From the IMG/VR virus record IMGVR_UViG_3300031718_000003, positions 10,760-74,759 of that record: 64,000 bases of DNA. The stretch is one strand, 5' to 3'. This document shows positions 18,723-28,788 of this stretch, in pieces. This stretch comes from a virus. Below the pieces are notes generated by a model. That model was given only the letters and a program-made list of their open reading frames with translations. It was not told where the DNA came from and made no database searches. The position numbers and the translations under genes were made by a program. Numbering within the stretch: the stretch's first letter is position 1; each line of letters opens with the position of its first letter.

Positions 18723-19178
18723 CTACGCCGCTTTTGCTTTCGCCTTCGGCACAAACTCCACAGACCGCTCGCCGATCCGTTCCTTCGCAATGAATTTCGC
18801 GTGCTCGTGTTTCGGCAGCAGCTTGCGCAACTCGCCCAGTGGTATGCTCACCCACTTTATCGCTTCCTCTTTGCCGAGCCTCGCGATTACCTTCGCTATG
18901 TCGATGATGCTGGATTTGTTGCCGCGCTCGCTAACCACAGCCATGTACTTGTTGCCCGAAACGCTTACGGCTTCGGCCGCACGCTGTTTTGGAAACCACG
19001 TTGGGATCGAGAGCCGGATGAATTCCAAGCGTGCGCGACGGGTTGCGGTGGCTGCATCATGGGCTATGTCTTCCTTATTGAGCGCTGCTTTTAGTGCTCC
19101 TCCTTCATCGATCAGCCGTATACGTTCGGGTGGTAATTTCATAACGCTTCTTTCTTCGGGGTCGGCCCGGCGCTGCAC
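18723..19178 (-). CDS. Hypothetical protein
   Basis: Probable start at MKLPPER after element 19154-19202. Confidence 0.55.
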   Translation of the reverse strand: MQRRADPEERSVMKLPPERIRLIDEGGALKAALNKEDIAHDAATATRRARLEFIRLSIPTWFPKQRAAEAVSVSGNKYMAVVSERGNKSSIIDIAKVIARLGKEEAIKWVSIPLGELRKLLPKHEHAKFIAKERIGERSVEFVPKAKAKAA

Positions 19179-19512
19179 TCAGGCTTTCCGCCGTTTGCGC
19201 CTGATCGGTCGTGCAACTTTAATCGGGCCTTCCGCCGGAGCGTACAAGCGCGCTACGGTCCTGTACAGCGCTGCCACCTCCCTGGAGCCCAGCAGAAAAC
19301 TGCGCCGATACGGCCCTGGACCGCCCGTGCCGTCGATTTTCACTGTGATCACCGCACCGCCGCGTGGAATATAGTGTCGAAGATATGGCCGCTCGAGGGT
19401 GAAGGTCATAGTCTGGGCGTCTTCAACCGCGAACAGCCTCAGGGAGACGCCTTTGGTGCGAGCCATATCTTCGCAATCCAACGTAACTCTCTTTTTCTTC
19501 TGACGCGCCATT

Positions 19513-20187
19513 TTACGCTGCCTTTCTGCCCCGCAGCTCCATGTGCCTCCGCATGTGATCGAGCGCACGGCGGTGCAGCCGGCTCGCATCGGAGCGCTTC
19601 AGCCCCAACTCCTCGCCGGCGGCCCTGATGCTTGTTTCCAGTCCGAAGTAGTGCCTATCGATCATGGCCAGCTCGTCGGCGCAGAGGCTTAGCCGTGCCT
19701 GCCGGATGTCTCGCCGCTGCTCGTTACGCTCGGTGAGATGGTGCGCCAGGCCGCCACCCGCCCGGTCGGCCGCCGGCATCTCCACCAGCTCGCCGTCCCG
19801 CAGCCGGTGATCTCCCCCGCAACGCACGGAATCCATGATTGCGTCGTGGATTCGCAGCTTCGCGAAGACCCAAAACGGAACTTTACACCGGGGCGCCTGA
19901 TACCGTTCCGCGGCATGAATCAGTCCGATGCACCCGGCGCCCTTCAGATCATCCAACTCGAACCGGCGCGGGAGTTTTGCCTGCATGTCCTTGGCAACGA
20001 TGTCTACCAGATGTAGATTGAGGAGAACGCGGTCATCGCGGACACTTAGAGACGCTAGGTCAGGGAAATGGACGAGTTTGGCGTGAGATTTGATGCTTCT
20101 ATTATCGGCAGGATGGGAGGATTTGTCCCAATCACGCGGAAACTGCTTATGACTTCGGGGTGAGTAGCTGTCGCTGGCCATTGGCAC
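19513..20187 (-). CDS. FliA/WhiG-like sigma factor (regions 2 and 4); true start probably downstream of 20187
   Basis: NLHLVDIVAK...ELDDLKGAGCIGLIHAAERY...FAKLRIHDAIMDSVR plus C-terminal HTH. Confidence 0.85.
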   Translation of the reverse strand: MPMASDSYSPRSHKQFPRDWDKSSHPADNRSIKSHAKLVHFPDLASLSVRDDRVLLNLHLVDIVAKDMQAKLPRRFELDDLKGAGCIGLIHAAERYQAPRCKVPFWVFAKLRIHDAIMDSVRCGGDHRLRDGELVEMPAADRAGGGLAHHLTERNEQRRDIRQARLSLCADELAMIDRHYFGLETSIRAAGEELGLKRSDASRLHRRALDHMRRHMELRGRKAA

Positions 20188-20267
20188 GCGGGAGGTCCCT
20201 GCTTATCCGGGGACAAGGCTGAGTATCCTGCTGGCCTGTGGTCAAATCCGCCGTTTGCGCCTGATCC

Positions 20268-20630
20268 TCAGTGCGCCAACATCGAGCGCCACCGTTCCGC
20301 CGTCAAGGTAGGGTTTCCGGATGGTCCGGATACGGTCTCGCCAGGAAACTCGCGGCCATTACTTAGATTGGCGACTATCCTTGCGTGGCCAGCCAGAGCC
20401 TCGGACTCGCTCGCATACGCCTCGTGGTACAGGCCCTTACACGAACCCTCGTGAAACACCATTGTTTCGAAAGGCCACGGCTCCTCGGCAGCATAATCGG
20501 ACTCCCAAAACGGACACAGGGCAGGCCGATTGTCTCCGCCGCCGCCTGAGTAGGTTCGAATGGTGCTCACGTCAAACCGTTCGCCTTGTGGATTAGCTAC
20601 AGAACCAGAAAATCTGACCTTTTCACTCAT
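20268..20630 (-). CDS. Hypothetical phage protein
   Basis: VSTI...FETMVF...YASESEALAGHARIV pattern. Confidence 0.6.
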   Translation of the reverse strand: MSEKVRFSGSVANPQGERFDVSTIRTYSGGGGDNRPALCPFWESDYAAEEPWPFETMVFHEGSCKGLYHEAYASESEALAGHARIVANLSNGREFPGETVSGPSGNPTLTAERWRSMLAH

Positions 20631-21374
20631 AGTTGGCCTTCCCCGTCAAACAGCGGCAGTCTTCGTTTTTCGCAGTGCCCACGGTGGTGGCGCTCGTAGT
20701 GCCGGCCGGAGAAATAGCGCGCGCAATCCGGGCACAGGATGAGCCGGATCGAGCGCGAACGCGACTTCAGCCGCTCGGGCTGGCCGCGCCACACATGGAA
20801 GCGAATCGGTAGTGGATGCACCTAACGTGTAATATATATGGGAATGGGGAGTTTTGCTAGGGTCTTGCCGGAATCGCGTCAGTCTGGCTTAGCACTCGTC
20901 GGTGGCCGCGCCGCCGTCGCGATCCCCCTGCGCGAAGAGTTACGCGCTCTGTTATGGGACTCGCACCTTCAGCGCCAGCAGCAGTTGCAACGCATAGAAA
21001 ACGCCGAGGAGCGCCAGCTTTTTCTCATCGCCCTCACTCTCGATCTACAATTCGAACTCGCCAACAACATGCTCGTCTCCAGAACCCAGACCCCCTTAAT
21101 TAACCCCGGTCCGGGATCAGCACCAGAACAAGGCAAGTAAGATCCTTACGATCTGCGTCTCTAATTTCGGCAATTATATACTTGCCTCAAACACGGCACC
21201 GGGCGTACAATGAATCCGGACGAGGAGCCAGTTTCGCACGAGGCAGAAAATCATGGTAACCGGTCCTGCCGCCTTCGATAATTTCAAGCGGCTAATGCAG
21301 GCGTTGCTGAGGGCACCGAAGGAAAAGAGCGCAGGCGCTAAGCCGCCCACACGGCGAAGAGCGCGTCGCAAAGC

Positions 21375-21809
21375 GTGAACGTCTTTCGGCGGCTCGTCGT
21401 TATGATGCGCTGGAATCTTCTCTGGCTGCGGCTCCCTGTGGTTTTCTTCTTGCTCTTGGCCGCTTACGATGGATTGGAAGCGTACAAGTATGGCCGCGTT
21501 TTAATCGAGCATTGGACATGGGGCCTGCTACTTTCTCCCGCTGCTGACTTGTGGATTATGCTCAATTTCGTCGCCGTTCTATTGCCCGTACAAGCGTCGC
21601 TTGTGATTCCAACATTCTTTGATCCCAAAGCGGAAGAATTATACGCGCACCGTACGCGCAACACGCTGACGTGGGCATTCGGTCTTCCGGTCGCGGTGTT
21701 TGTTCTGTGGGTGCTCATGTGGGGATCTTTCCCGCTGGAGAATAACGCAGATGGCACCTACATGCGGATGCTCCCGTTTATTCCGTGGCCATCGGCTCCG
21801 TTCTTCTAA
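21375..21809 (+). CDS. Multi-pass membrane protein (IS cargo)
   Basis: Three hydrophobic segments. Confidence 0.6.
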   Translation: MNVFRRLVVMMRWNLLWLRLPVVFFLLLAAYDGLEAYKYGRVLIEHWTWGLLLSPAADLWIMLNFVAVLLPVQASLVIPTFFDPKAEELYAHRTRNTLTWAFGLPVAVFVLWVLMWGSFPLENNADGTYMRMLPFIPWPSAPFF

Positions 21810-21821
21810 TGGGCGAGCTTC

Positions 21822-22754
21822 TTAGCTTGGCTTGCGAAATCCGACCTTCATGTCTCGGTCGAATTTCTGCTCCATAATAACGTCAAGGTTAAACGGCTCT
21901 CCGGGTTTGTGGGTGGCGACAATTCTCAATAGATTCGCTTTATCGGCATACTGTATAAGAAACACGGCCCCCGCATCATCCAAGATCTCGAACTGCTTTC
22001 GCAAATATCCTTTTCGTTGCCCGAGTTCCAGGTTGAGCGCTCGACGAATCTCGAAGACAACTGCGTCCGCCGCTTGTAGGGGGTCGCATTCTTTCTCGTT
22101 CATTTTGGAAAAACTTGCCATGTATTTCGCGGCGTCTGGATTGGTGCGTGTCAAATTATCGTAAGCATCGCTCGCAAGCGCGCTGTGTTCTTCGTCTTGG
22201 TCGCAGACGTAGGACACCCTATCGGGCTTTTCTAGCCCCTTCATGGCCCTGGCACACTGAATCATCGCCAAATCGTATGCTAGCCGGTAGGGGTTGTCGC
22301 CTAGAATAGCGCGGGCATTTGCATCCTGAATGACATCGTAAAAATCTTCCTGCACGATACCTATGCCAGCAAGTGTTCGATAATTCCCGTATGAGCGCGG
22401 ATCGACGATCACCTTCAGGAATTCGTGACTGATCGAGTCAAGCCGTTCACGTTCGGCAGGCGTGATGTTCTTTTCGTCCGCAACAAACTTTGAAAATTCC
22501 CCGGTGCCCCGTTCGCATTGGGATGCCTTGAAGTACTTAATGCCGATGTCGGGCCTCTTTCGCAGGGCCTTCCACGCGCGTTCCAGCTCAAAGATTGCAG
22601 TGCCTCGCGCGAGTAAACCGCCCACAGCAAAAATACCCGACTGTCTCATGTCGAAACTTTCGTCCATGTACGAGTCGATCACAGCGTAACAGCTTTCTTT
22701 GAATCTGCTTATGCGAATAGCTTTCGCCAATTCCTCGAACGGCCACTCCTGCAT
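21822..22754 (-). CDS. DUF3800-like RNase H-fold protein (IS cargo)
   Basis: SYMDES near the N-terminus, VCD, and PLQAADAVV motif. Confidence 0.75.
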   Translation of the reverse strand: MQEWPFEELAKAIRISRFKESCYAVIDSYMDESFDMRQSGIFAVGGLLARGTAIFELERAWKALRKRPDIGIKYFKASQCERGTGEFSKFVADEKNITPAERERLDSISHEFLKVIVDPRSYGNYRTLAGIGIVQEDFYDVIQDANARAILGDNPYRLAYDLAMIQCARAMKGLEKPDRVSYVCDQDEEHSALASDAYDNLTRTNPDAAKYMASFSKMNEKECDPLQAADAVVFEIRRALNLELGQRKGYLRKQFEILDDAGAVFLIQYADKANLLRIVATHKPGEPFNLDVIMEQKFDRDMKVGFRKPS

Positions 22755-22914
22755 CCCACTCCCTTCCGGGAATTTGCTACACTTCCCTGCAGGAAGGGCT
22801 TTGGATGCAACGGTGGCACGCTGCGGCCAGCTAAGCCCGCCAAAAAAAGCACAATAAGACGGCCTGTAAACTCAGGCCGTTCTGCGTTTCGGTCTCCGTC
22901 CTCGCCGGATGGCT

Positions 22915-23853
22915 TTAGTTCGCGGTGGCGCCCACCTTGCCAGTCAATTCCGCATACGTGAGCCGCTTGCCAGCGATCCGCGACAGCACGGTCGTGAATC
23001 GCTCCGTGTCGCTAGCTTCATGGCGATTGTTGTAGCGAAAAGATTGTTCGTCGATGTAGCGGGCTAGGTGATAAGGCTCGACGCTAATGTACGTTCCGTG
23101 CAGCCCACGCTTTAAGAGCGACCAGAAATTTTCCATCGTGTTGGTATGGACGTTTCCGTTGGCGTACTCAATGGCATGGTTGATGACAGCGTGTTGATAA
23201 TCAGTCTCTAGCCCTTCATACGATTTTAGTTCGTCGCTGAAAATCGCCGATCCAGCTTCCACATGCTCGCGAACCTGCTTTTGCAATTGCTTCTTGCGGC
23301 GGTTGTCCACCACGAAAGCCCGAACATCGCCGCCGCGCTCAACCATACCGAGGACAATGGTCTTGTCCTTACCGCCGGTTCCGGTGATGACGCGCTCTCG
23401 TTTCTCCTTGTGCATGTTGCGCGCTTTGCCGCCGATGAAACTCTCGTCCACCTCGACCTCGCCGCCAAGCTTCGTAAACCCGCCGCTGCGCATGACGCGG
23501 CGAATTCGGTGAAGCATGAACCATGCGGTTTTCTGGGTCACGTTCAAATCTCTGGCAACCTCACAGGAGCTAACGCCGTTCTTGCAATTGGCGATCAGCC
23601 ACGCGGCGGCAGCCCACTTATCCAAGCCAATCGGGGAGTCCTCGAAAATCGTGCCGACCTTAACCGAGAACTGCTTCTGGCAGGCTCGGCATCTCCACAG
23701 ATCGCGGGTGGAGATAACGGCAATGTTTTTGGAATCGCAGCGCGGGCAGATCGGGCCGTCCGGCCAGCGCCACTTGGCGATGAAGTCCAGCGCGTTCTTC
23801 GGATCGGAAAAGAATTGGATTGCTTCGAGAAGGCTTCCAGGTGCGCTGTCCAT
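22915..23853 (-). CDS. IS1595-family transposase
   Basis: N-terminal Zn ribbon CPRC/CRAC, VEVDESFIGG, FSDE, VHTNTMENFWSLLKRGLHGTY, FRYN. Confidence 0.95.
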   Translation of the reverse strand: MDSAPGSLLEAIQFFSDPKNALDFIAKWRWPDGPICPRCDSKNIAVISTRDLWRCRACQKQFSVKVGTIFEDSPIGLDKWAAAAWLIANCKNGVSSCEVARDLNVTQKTAWFMLHRIRRVMRSGGFTKLGGEVEVDESFIGGKARNMHKEKRERVITGTGGKDKTIVLGMVERGGDVRAFVVDNRRKKQLQKQVREHVEAGSAIFSDELKSYEGLETDYQHAVINHAIEYANGNVHTNTMENFWSLLKRGLHGTYISVEPYHLARYIDEQSFRYNNRHEASDTERFTTVLSRIAGKRLTYAELTGKVGATAN

Positions 23854-24505
23854 GTATCAACTATGCGCTTTTTTTGTGTTTGAGTCAAGTATATAGTTGC
23901 CCTAATTTCTTGTTGTCAAGGGATAATTGCCATGATCATTAAAAAGCAGGGGGGGGGGAACTGCGGGCCGCAGATGGCGCATCCCCTGCGGCCCTTCGCG
24001 TTGATAGCCCTCCGGTATCGATCTTTCGACGAGCAGCTCAGCAAACCGGATGCGCCCGGTACACGCTGGCCTCTAGGTCTGCACCAATCGACTTCGGCAG
24101 ACTCACACCGCCCGGAACTGCGGGCCTCTCTCTCAGTGGTATGTCGAGATTACGAAGACGCTCCGGCTCCGGCTCCGGCCGCCATGGTTTTCGGCTGTGC
24201 TCCGATCGGGGCGCTCGTCCGCGCGATCTGGTAGTAGTCGAAGGTGATGCGGTTCCCACCGATGCTGAGCGCGATATTGCGCAGCTCGTTCAGTTCGTTC
24301 TCGTCGACCAGGCATTGGCCATGATCGTTCAAGCGCGTCACGCTCATGTGAAACCCTGGCGGAGTTCCCTGCGAAGCCGCGGTATTCTGTTGCTTTGCTT
24401 TCCATCCTGTTGGACGTGGCATTGATTCTCCTTACGAATAAACTATATAAAGCACTATATAACAAGTTGAAGCATCATGGCTTCGGGGTCGGTCAGGCTC
24501 TGCCG

Positions 24506-24721
24506 TCAGCGATCCGCCGTTTGCGCCTGGTCCGTCGATGGCCCTGAAGAAAACGCTTTTCCGACTAACCGCACGGCAGGCTCAACACATCCGGGCGACT
24601 GCAGTTTGTGCTCGTAATAGATTACGGTCCGCAGGGTGTGTCTGGTCGCTTCGCTGAATTCTACCGAGCCGGAAGTTCTGCAATTAGCGCAACGCCACCG
24701 TTGATGAAGACGGGGAAGCAT
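24506..24721 (-). CDS. Small Cys-containing hypothetical protein
   Basis: CANC motif; ends in element-encoded QAQTADR. Confidence 0.5.
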   Translation of the reverse strand: MLPRLHQRWRCANCRTSGSVEFSEATRHTLRTVIYYEHKLQSPGCVEPAVRLVGKAFSSGPSTDQAQTADR

Positions 24722-24722
24722 A

Positions 24723-25037
24723 TCAGCAAGACGATTTCTTCGGGGTCGGTGTTCCTGCGCCTTCAGCGCTCAACGTTTGCGCCTGTTCCAGCTCCAGCTC
24801 AGACTTCACCAGGTCGAACTGTTCCTTGTCGGCGAGTACCAGGCCACCGACCACCTTCCGGTCCAGCAGGACCGCGACGAAATCTCCTCCAACGCCAAAC
24901 GTTAGTTGCGTACCAGCTTTTACTTTGCGCGCTCGTAGCACGTTCGACAGTGGAGCATACCAGACAGACATGGAACGCTCGCACATGCTCTTCAGCACAT
25001 CGAAGCTGTTGATCATCGCTCGGCCCTCAAGGCGCAA
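24723..25037 (-). CDS. Hypothetical protein bracketed by inverted bipartite elements
   Basis: Elements at 24738-24784 (+) and 25030-25077 (-). Confidence 0.6.
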   Translation of the reverse strand: MRLEGRAMINSFDVLKSMCERSMSVWYAPLSNVLRARKVKAGTQLTFGVGGDFVAVLLDRKVVGGLVLADKEQFDLVKSELELEQAQTLSAEGAGTPTPKKSSC

Positions 25038-25258
25038 ACGGCGGGTTGCGGATTGCTTCCGCCCACCGACCCCGAAGAAAAACGCATTTGCTTCATAGTA
25101 GTTTCCTCAGTAATCTCAACCCAATGACCCCTATTGAATACCCACCAGGGATGAAACAACATCTGAATCTGGTAACTCAAAAGCCGTTTCGGACGGAAAC
25201 TGAATTGGTGGATCAACTTTCCCCGTTTTGTCCAGAGGTTCACTACCAGCACCTAGAT

Positions 25259-25684
25259 TCACTCCATGGCTTCGGGGGTCTTGACGCTGCTCGCGGCGTC
25301 AAAGATGTCGGCGAAAAGGGACGTTTCCTCGGCTGGTTCGACGTGTGGAAACTCCACCGTTTGCGCCTGCGTATTCAACTCCCATCGGGCCCAATGCCCG
25401 TTTCGATAAGACAAGAAGCGTATCGAGTAAGGCGTGCCCCTGATCAGGGCAGCATGGGTCGCCTCTCGCATACGCGCGAGGGCTGCTTTGACCGCAGATA
25501 TAGTGGTGCAGCAAAGCCCCCCGTCGAGCGAGTACCAGCCGTTCGAAACGCGCCGAATCGGTACAACGGAAATGTAGAAGCGGATGTGGCCGAGTTCTTT
25601 ATCCCATGCCCAGCGCTCGTCTGGCGATGGAGCGGGAGGCTCCTGCATGTGCCAAGGCAGGATATCGGCGTTATGTGTGGGCAT
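25259..25684 (-). CDS. Hypothetical protein
   Basis: GAGGAG RBS; C-terminus encoded by a long element variant. Confidence 0.5.
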   Translation of the reverse strand: MPTHNADILPWHMQEPPAPSPDERWAWDKELGHIRFYISVVPIRRVSNGWYSLDGGLCCTTISAVKAALARMREATHAALIRGTPYSIRFLSYRNGHWARWELNTQAQTVEFPHVEPAEETSLFADIFDAASSVKTPEAME

Positions 25685-26261
25685 CTGATGACTCCTCGAT
25701 ATCTACCATCCCCTGGACCGCCTGGACCGCCCTGCGCAACGCCCCGAGCGTCACGGTCAGATTGCCGTGGATTTCGCTCTCAGGGTTAAATGGCCAGTCG
25801 CGGAGCAGTTTCGTCGCGAGTTGCGTCTCGCGCAGCGCCACATGGAGCATCGAGAGCTGCGTCGGTGGGGGTTCGGGATCCGCGCAAGTATTCTTGCCCT
25901 CGCTATGCAAGGATGCTTGCGCCATTGCGGAAGAGTTCGGATGTGCTTGCGGGTTACTGTTTCGTGGTGCGGTGTGGGCGGTGTGGGGCATGGGTTGGCT
26001 TCTCTTCTTCCAATCGGGCGGAGTGAAGGGCTGTTCAGTGGGGGGGAACCAGAGGGATTTCATATCGGTTATCTCGCCTCGCGATTAGTCACTGCCGGCG
26101 ATATCAGACGATCCAGGCCGAATGACATCTCGAAGACCGGCAGCCTGAAATCCTTCCATTCCCCGTCCTCGTGCTGGTGTGCCCCAGGGGCTTTTAGCTG
26201 CCGGCCACAGTCCGGGCACTCATAGGTCATGATCGTCATTTAGACCCTCCAGGCGCAAACG

Positions 26262-27452
26262 GGTAGTTCGCTAAATCTGCGTTGATAGTTCTTCACGTAT
26301 GCTCTCCGGTACAGGCAGGCCCTTCGCGATCAGATCCCGCACGATCCGAATGGAGTTGTCCAACTGATCGACCCGCCGCGCCGCTTCGTCACGCTTGGCC
26401 TGGATATCGCGAAGCAAAGGCAGCCATGGACTTTCGGCACTTTGCACGTTCTCTGTTTTTTCTCTTGCATATCGTTTACCCATGATGCGAACCCTACTCC
26501 TATTCGTGTCTCTCTGTCCTGTAGCATCACCATTCACCCCTCAGCCACCGGAACGTCCACCAGCTCCACCAGTGGCCAAACAACAACGCACTGAAACCGG
26601 AGCCAGAAAAGAAGACCCCGACGGCCAAGGCAAGAACGCCAGGGATAGGTCGTCCCCTGAAGATCAAAAGGTCAAAGCCAACGAGGAAAAAGGCGCCTCC
26701 AAGACCGAGTCCGATGAGAATTTGGAGGTAAATAGGCGGCTCGCGACGTTCACTGGATGGTTGGTGGCCGTCGGCGTCGTCCAGTTCGCGGCCCTCTTTG
26801 CTCAAGCTATTATCTTTTGGCGCACCCTGAAGGAAAACCGCAAACTCATTCACGCTAGCCAGCGTTCTGCGGATGCAGCTAAGCTGAGCGCCGATGCCGC
26901 GATAAAAATCGGTGATACCCTCATTGGCGGCGAGCGAGCCTGGCTTCTTCCAGTAGATATCAAGCCGCCATCGCTTTTTGAAATGGGGGCCGGTGGTAGC
27001 GTATTCAACTCGTTTACGTTCGACCTGATAAACCAAGGCCGAACCGTAGGACGGCTGACCGGTCCCTTCAAAGCGAGATTCCGTTCGCTCCCGCGAAGTG
27101 CGGATCTGGCAGATGTTCCAGATTACGGCGGAATGGGTTCCATAGCTCCCGAAGCCATCTTCGGGCGTGTTCTCGCTCCCGGAGAGCGCAACGGCCTTAT
27201 ATCCATCCCTCTCGGAGAAAATGTTGACAAACAAATGCTGGCCCGCATCGAATCGCAGGAGACACTGCTCCACGTATACGTTTCCCTGACGTACTTCGAT
27301 TCTTTCGATAAGAAGCGGGAGCTTCAGTTCGGCTACATGTATCGGCCCACAAGAGGCAGCGAGCCGGCCCGTTGGGATCTGATCAATAAACAGGAGTACA
27401 ACAAGCACACGTAAAGCAACGAACGCGACCAACGCACATTTAGCGCAGTACC
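26262..27452. mobile_element. Non-autonomous TIR element with cargo, inserted into a bipartite element
   Basis: 23-bp TIRs GGTAGTTCGCTAAATCTGCGTTG (20/23 match); 8-bp TSD CGCAAACG at 26254-26261 and 27453-27460; no transposase inside. Confidence 0.85.
26482..27414 (+). CDS. Membrane protein (cargo)
   Basis: Signal-like N-terminus, TM segment, SADAAKLSADAA linker, soluble C-terminal domain. Confidence 0.65.
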   Translation: MMRTLLLFVSLCPVASPFTPQPPERPPAPPVAKQQRTETGARKEDPDGQGKNARDRSSPEDQKVKANEEKGASKTESDENLEVNRRLATFTGWLVAVGVVQFAALFAQAIIFWRTLKENRKLIHASQRSADAAKLSADAAIKIGDTLIGGERAWLLPVDIKPPSLFEMGAGGSVFNSFTFDLINQGRTVGRLTGPFKARFRSLPRSADLADVPDYGGMGSIAPEAIFGRVLAPGERNGLISIPLGENVDKQMLARIESQETLLHVYVSLTYFDSFDKKRELQFGYMYRPTRGSEPARWDLINKQEYNKHT

Positions 27453-27697
27453 CGCAAACGGCGAATCGCGCCAGTGCGCCAATCACTGACCCCGAAGAAA
27501 TCGTTTTCATGTTCTTAGAAATCGCCTTTTTTCGTGAATTGGATGGCAATGTTCCTCCATTCTCCAAGCCAGATCCCACACCCAGAAGAGCTGAGCGTTG
27601 TGGGTGTAGGGATTCTCGCTCTGGGGTACGCCTGTATTGTGGTGCGCTGCCCCCAGGTTGAATACCGTGTCCCATTGGGATTCTGACCAGGCCATGA

Positions 27698-28270
27698 CTA
27701 CTCCAAACCCGATGCTTCTAATTGCTTCGGGGCCGGCCCGGAGCCGCTATCAGCAGTCCGCCGTTTGCGCTCGGAAAAGTCGTGGTCGCCTTTGTGCTTG
27801 CGCTGTAGCGTGCAGCGGCGTTTGTGGCCGCCGATGTCCGCCCGGCCCATACAGCGCCGGACGGGCTTCTCGCCCAGCATGAACGCGCGGAACTGGTTCC
27901 AGCCCCTGAACCGCTTCGGGATTCCACCGCGCATTCCACGCCACGCCTCGCGCAGCTTTTCGATCTCGCGGCGGCGCTCGGCCGCGAGGAACTGTTCCCA
28001 TAGCTTGCGCCGGTTCTCTTTTGAGCGCGCCCGGGCCTCTGGCGTAGCTTCCTCGTCCAGTTCCGGGTGGAACCTCCGCAGCTCCTTCACCGCGCGCGAG
28101 AAGGCTAGTTTCCGGCCCCGCTCGATGCTATAGGTATCGCCCGGCCGGCAGATCGCCCTGACAGTTACAATCTCATGGTAGTTTTCGTCCGCGGTCCTCA
28201 ATGACTGCTCGATGATGATGCGTTCAGTGCGGTGGTACTTGGTATGTTCGTTTACTCGTAAATCTGGCAT
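27698..28270 (-). CDS. Hypothetical phage protein
   Basis: GGAGG RBS; AICRPGDTYSIERGRKLAFSRA motif. Confidence 0.6.
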   Translation of the reverse strand: MPDLRVNEHTKYHRTERIIIEQSLRTADENYHEIVTVRAICRPGDTYSIERGRKLAFSRAVKELRRFHPELDEEATPEARARSKENRRKLWEQFLAAERRREIEKLREAWRGMRGGIPKRFRGWNQFRAFMLGEKPVRRCMGRADIGGHKRRCTLQRKHKGDHDFSERKRRTADSGSGPAPKQLEASGLE

Positions 28271-28536
28271 TTAGAAACTCCTCCTTCTTTCTTCGGGGTC
28301 GGTAGCTGTCGCTCTCGATGATCCGCCGTTTGCGCCTGATCGATCGAGCGCTTCGCAGTTGTCGCACTTTCGCCGGCCACGGGGGTAGTGCGAAATGTCC
28401 ACACCACAGCGGGCGCAGAAGTGTAACCAGTTGGCGCGTTTGTTGGCCGACGCCGGCACTTCACCCATCTTGAGCAATCTGTCCAGGTACCTAAGGCGCT
28501 GGCGCCCGGCACGCAACGCGTATGTCTCGCGCCAGC

Positions 28537-28788
28537 TCATTGGATTGCTTTCGCCGGCTGCGTGTTGATCCACGCGTCCCTTTGTTCCTGCTGCTCTTTG
28601 CTCAGTGGAAAGCCCATCTCCCGCGCCACACCCCAGCATTGCCCCCATGGAACCTCGGCAAAGTTCGTCACGCCTAAACGGCTTTTGATGGCGCGCCACA
28701 TCAGCTCGTCGAGGTTTGGCCAATACTTTCCCTGCGCCTGGAGATCGGCGACTTCCTGCGCCGCGACATCGTACTCGCGGCGGCTCAC
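28537..28788 (-). CDS. Hypothetical protein
   Basis: Start overlaps the upstream stop. Confidence 0.5.
   Translation of the reverse strand: MSRREYDVAAQEVADLQAQGKYWPNLDELMWRAIKSRLGVTNFAEVPWGQCWGVAREMGFPLSKEQQEQRDAWINTQPAKAIQ

Larger units (their letters stand above)
21169..23901. mobile_element. IS1595-family transposon with passenger genes
   Basis: 24-bp TIRs (GGCAATTATATACTTGCCTCAAAC, 22/24 match); 8-bp TSD CTAATTTC at 21161-21168 and 23902-23909; contains the transposase. Confidence 0.93.

Noticed and set aside
26527-27675. 382-aa minus-strand ORF, and similar long antisense ORFs such as 38831-39793 and 44528-45373
   Set aside because: Shadow frames of better-supported genes in GC-rich DNA; this one crosses the TIR boundary
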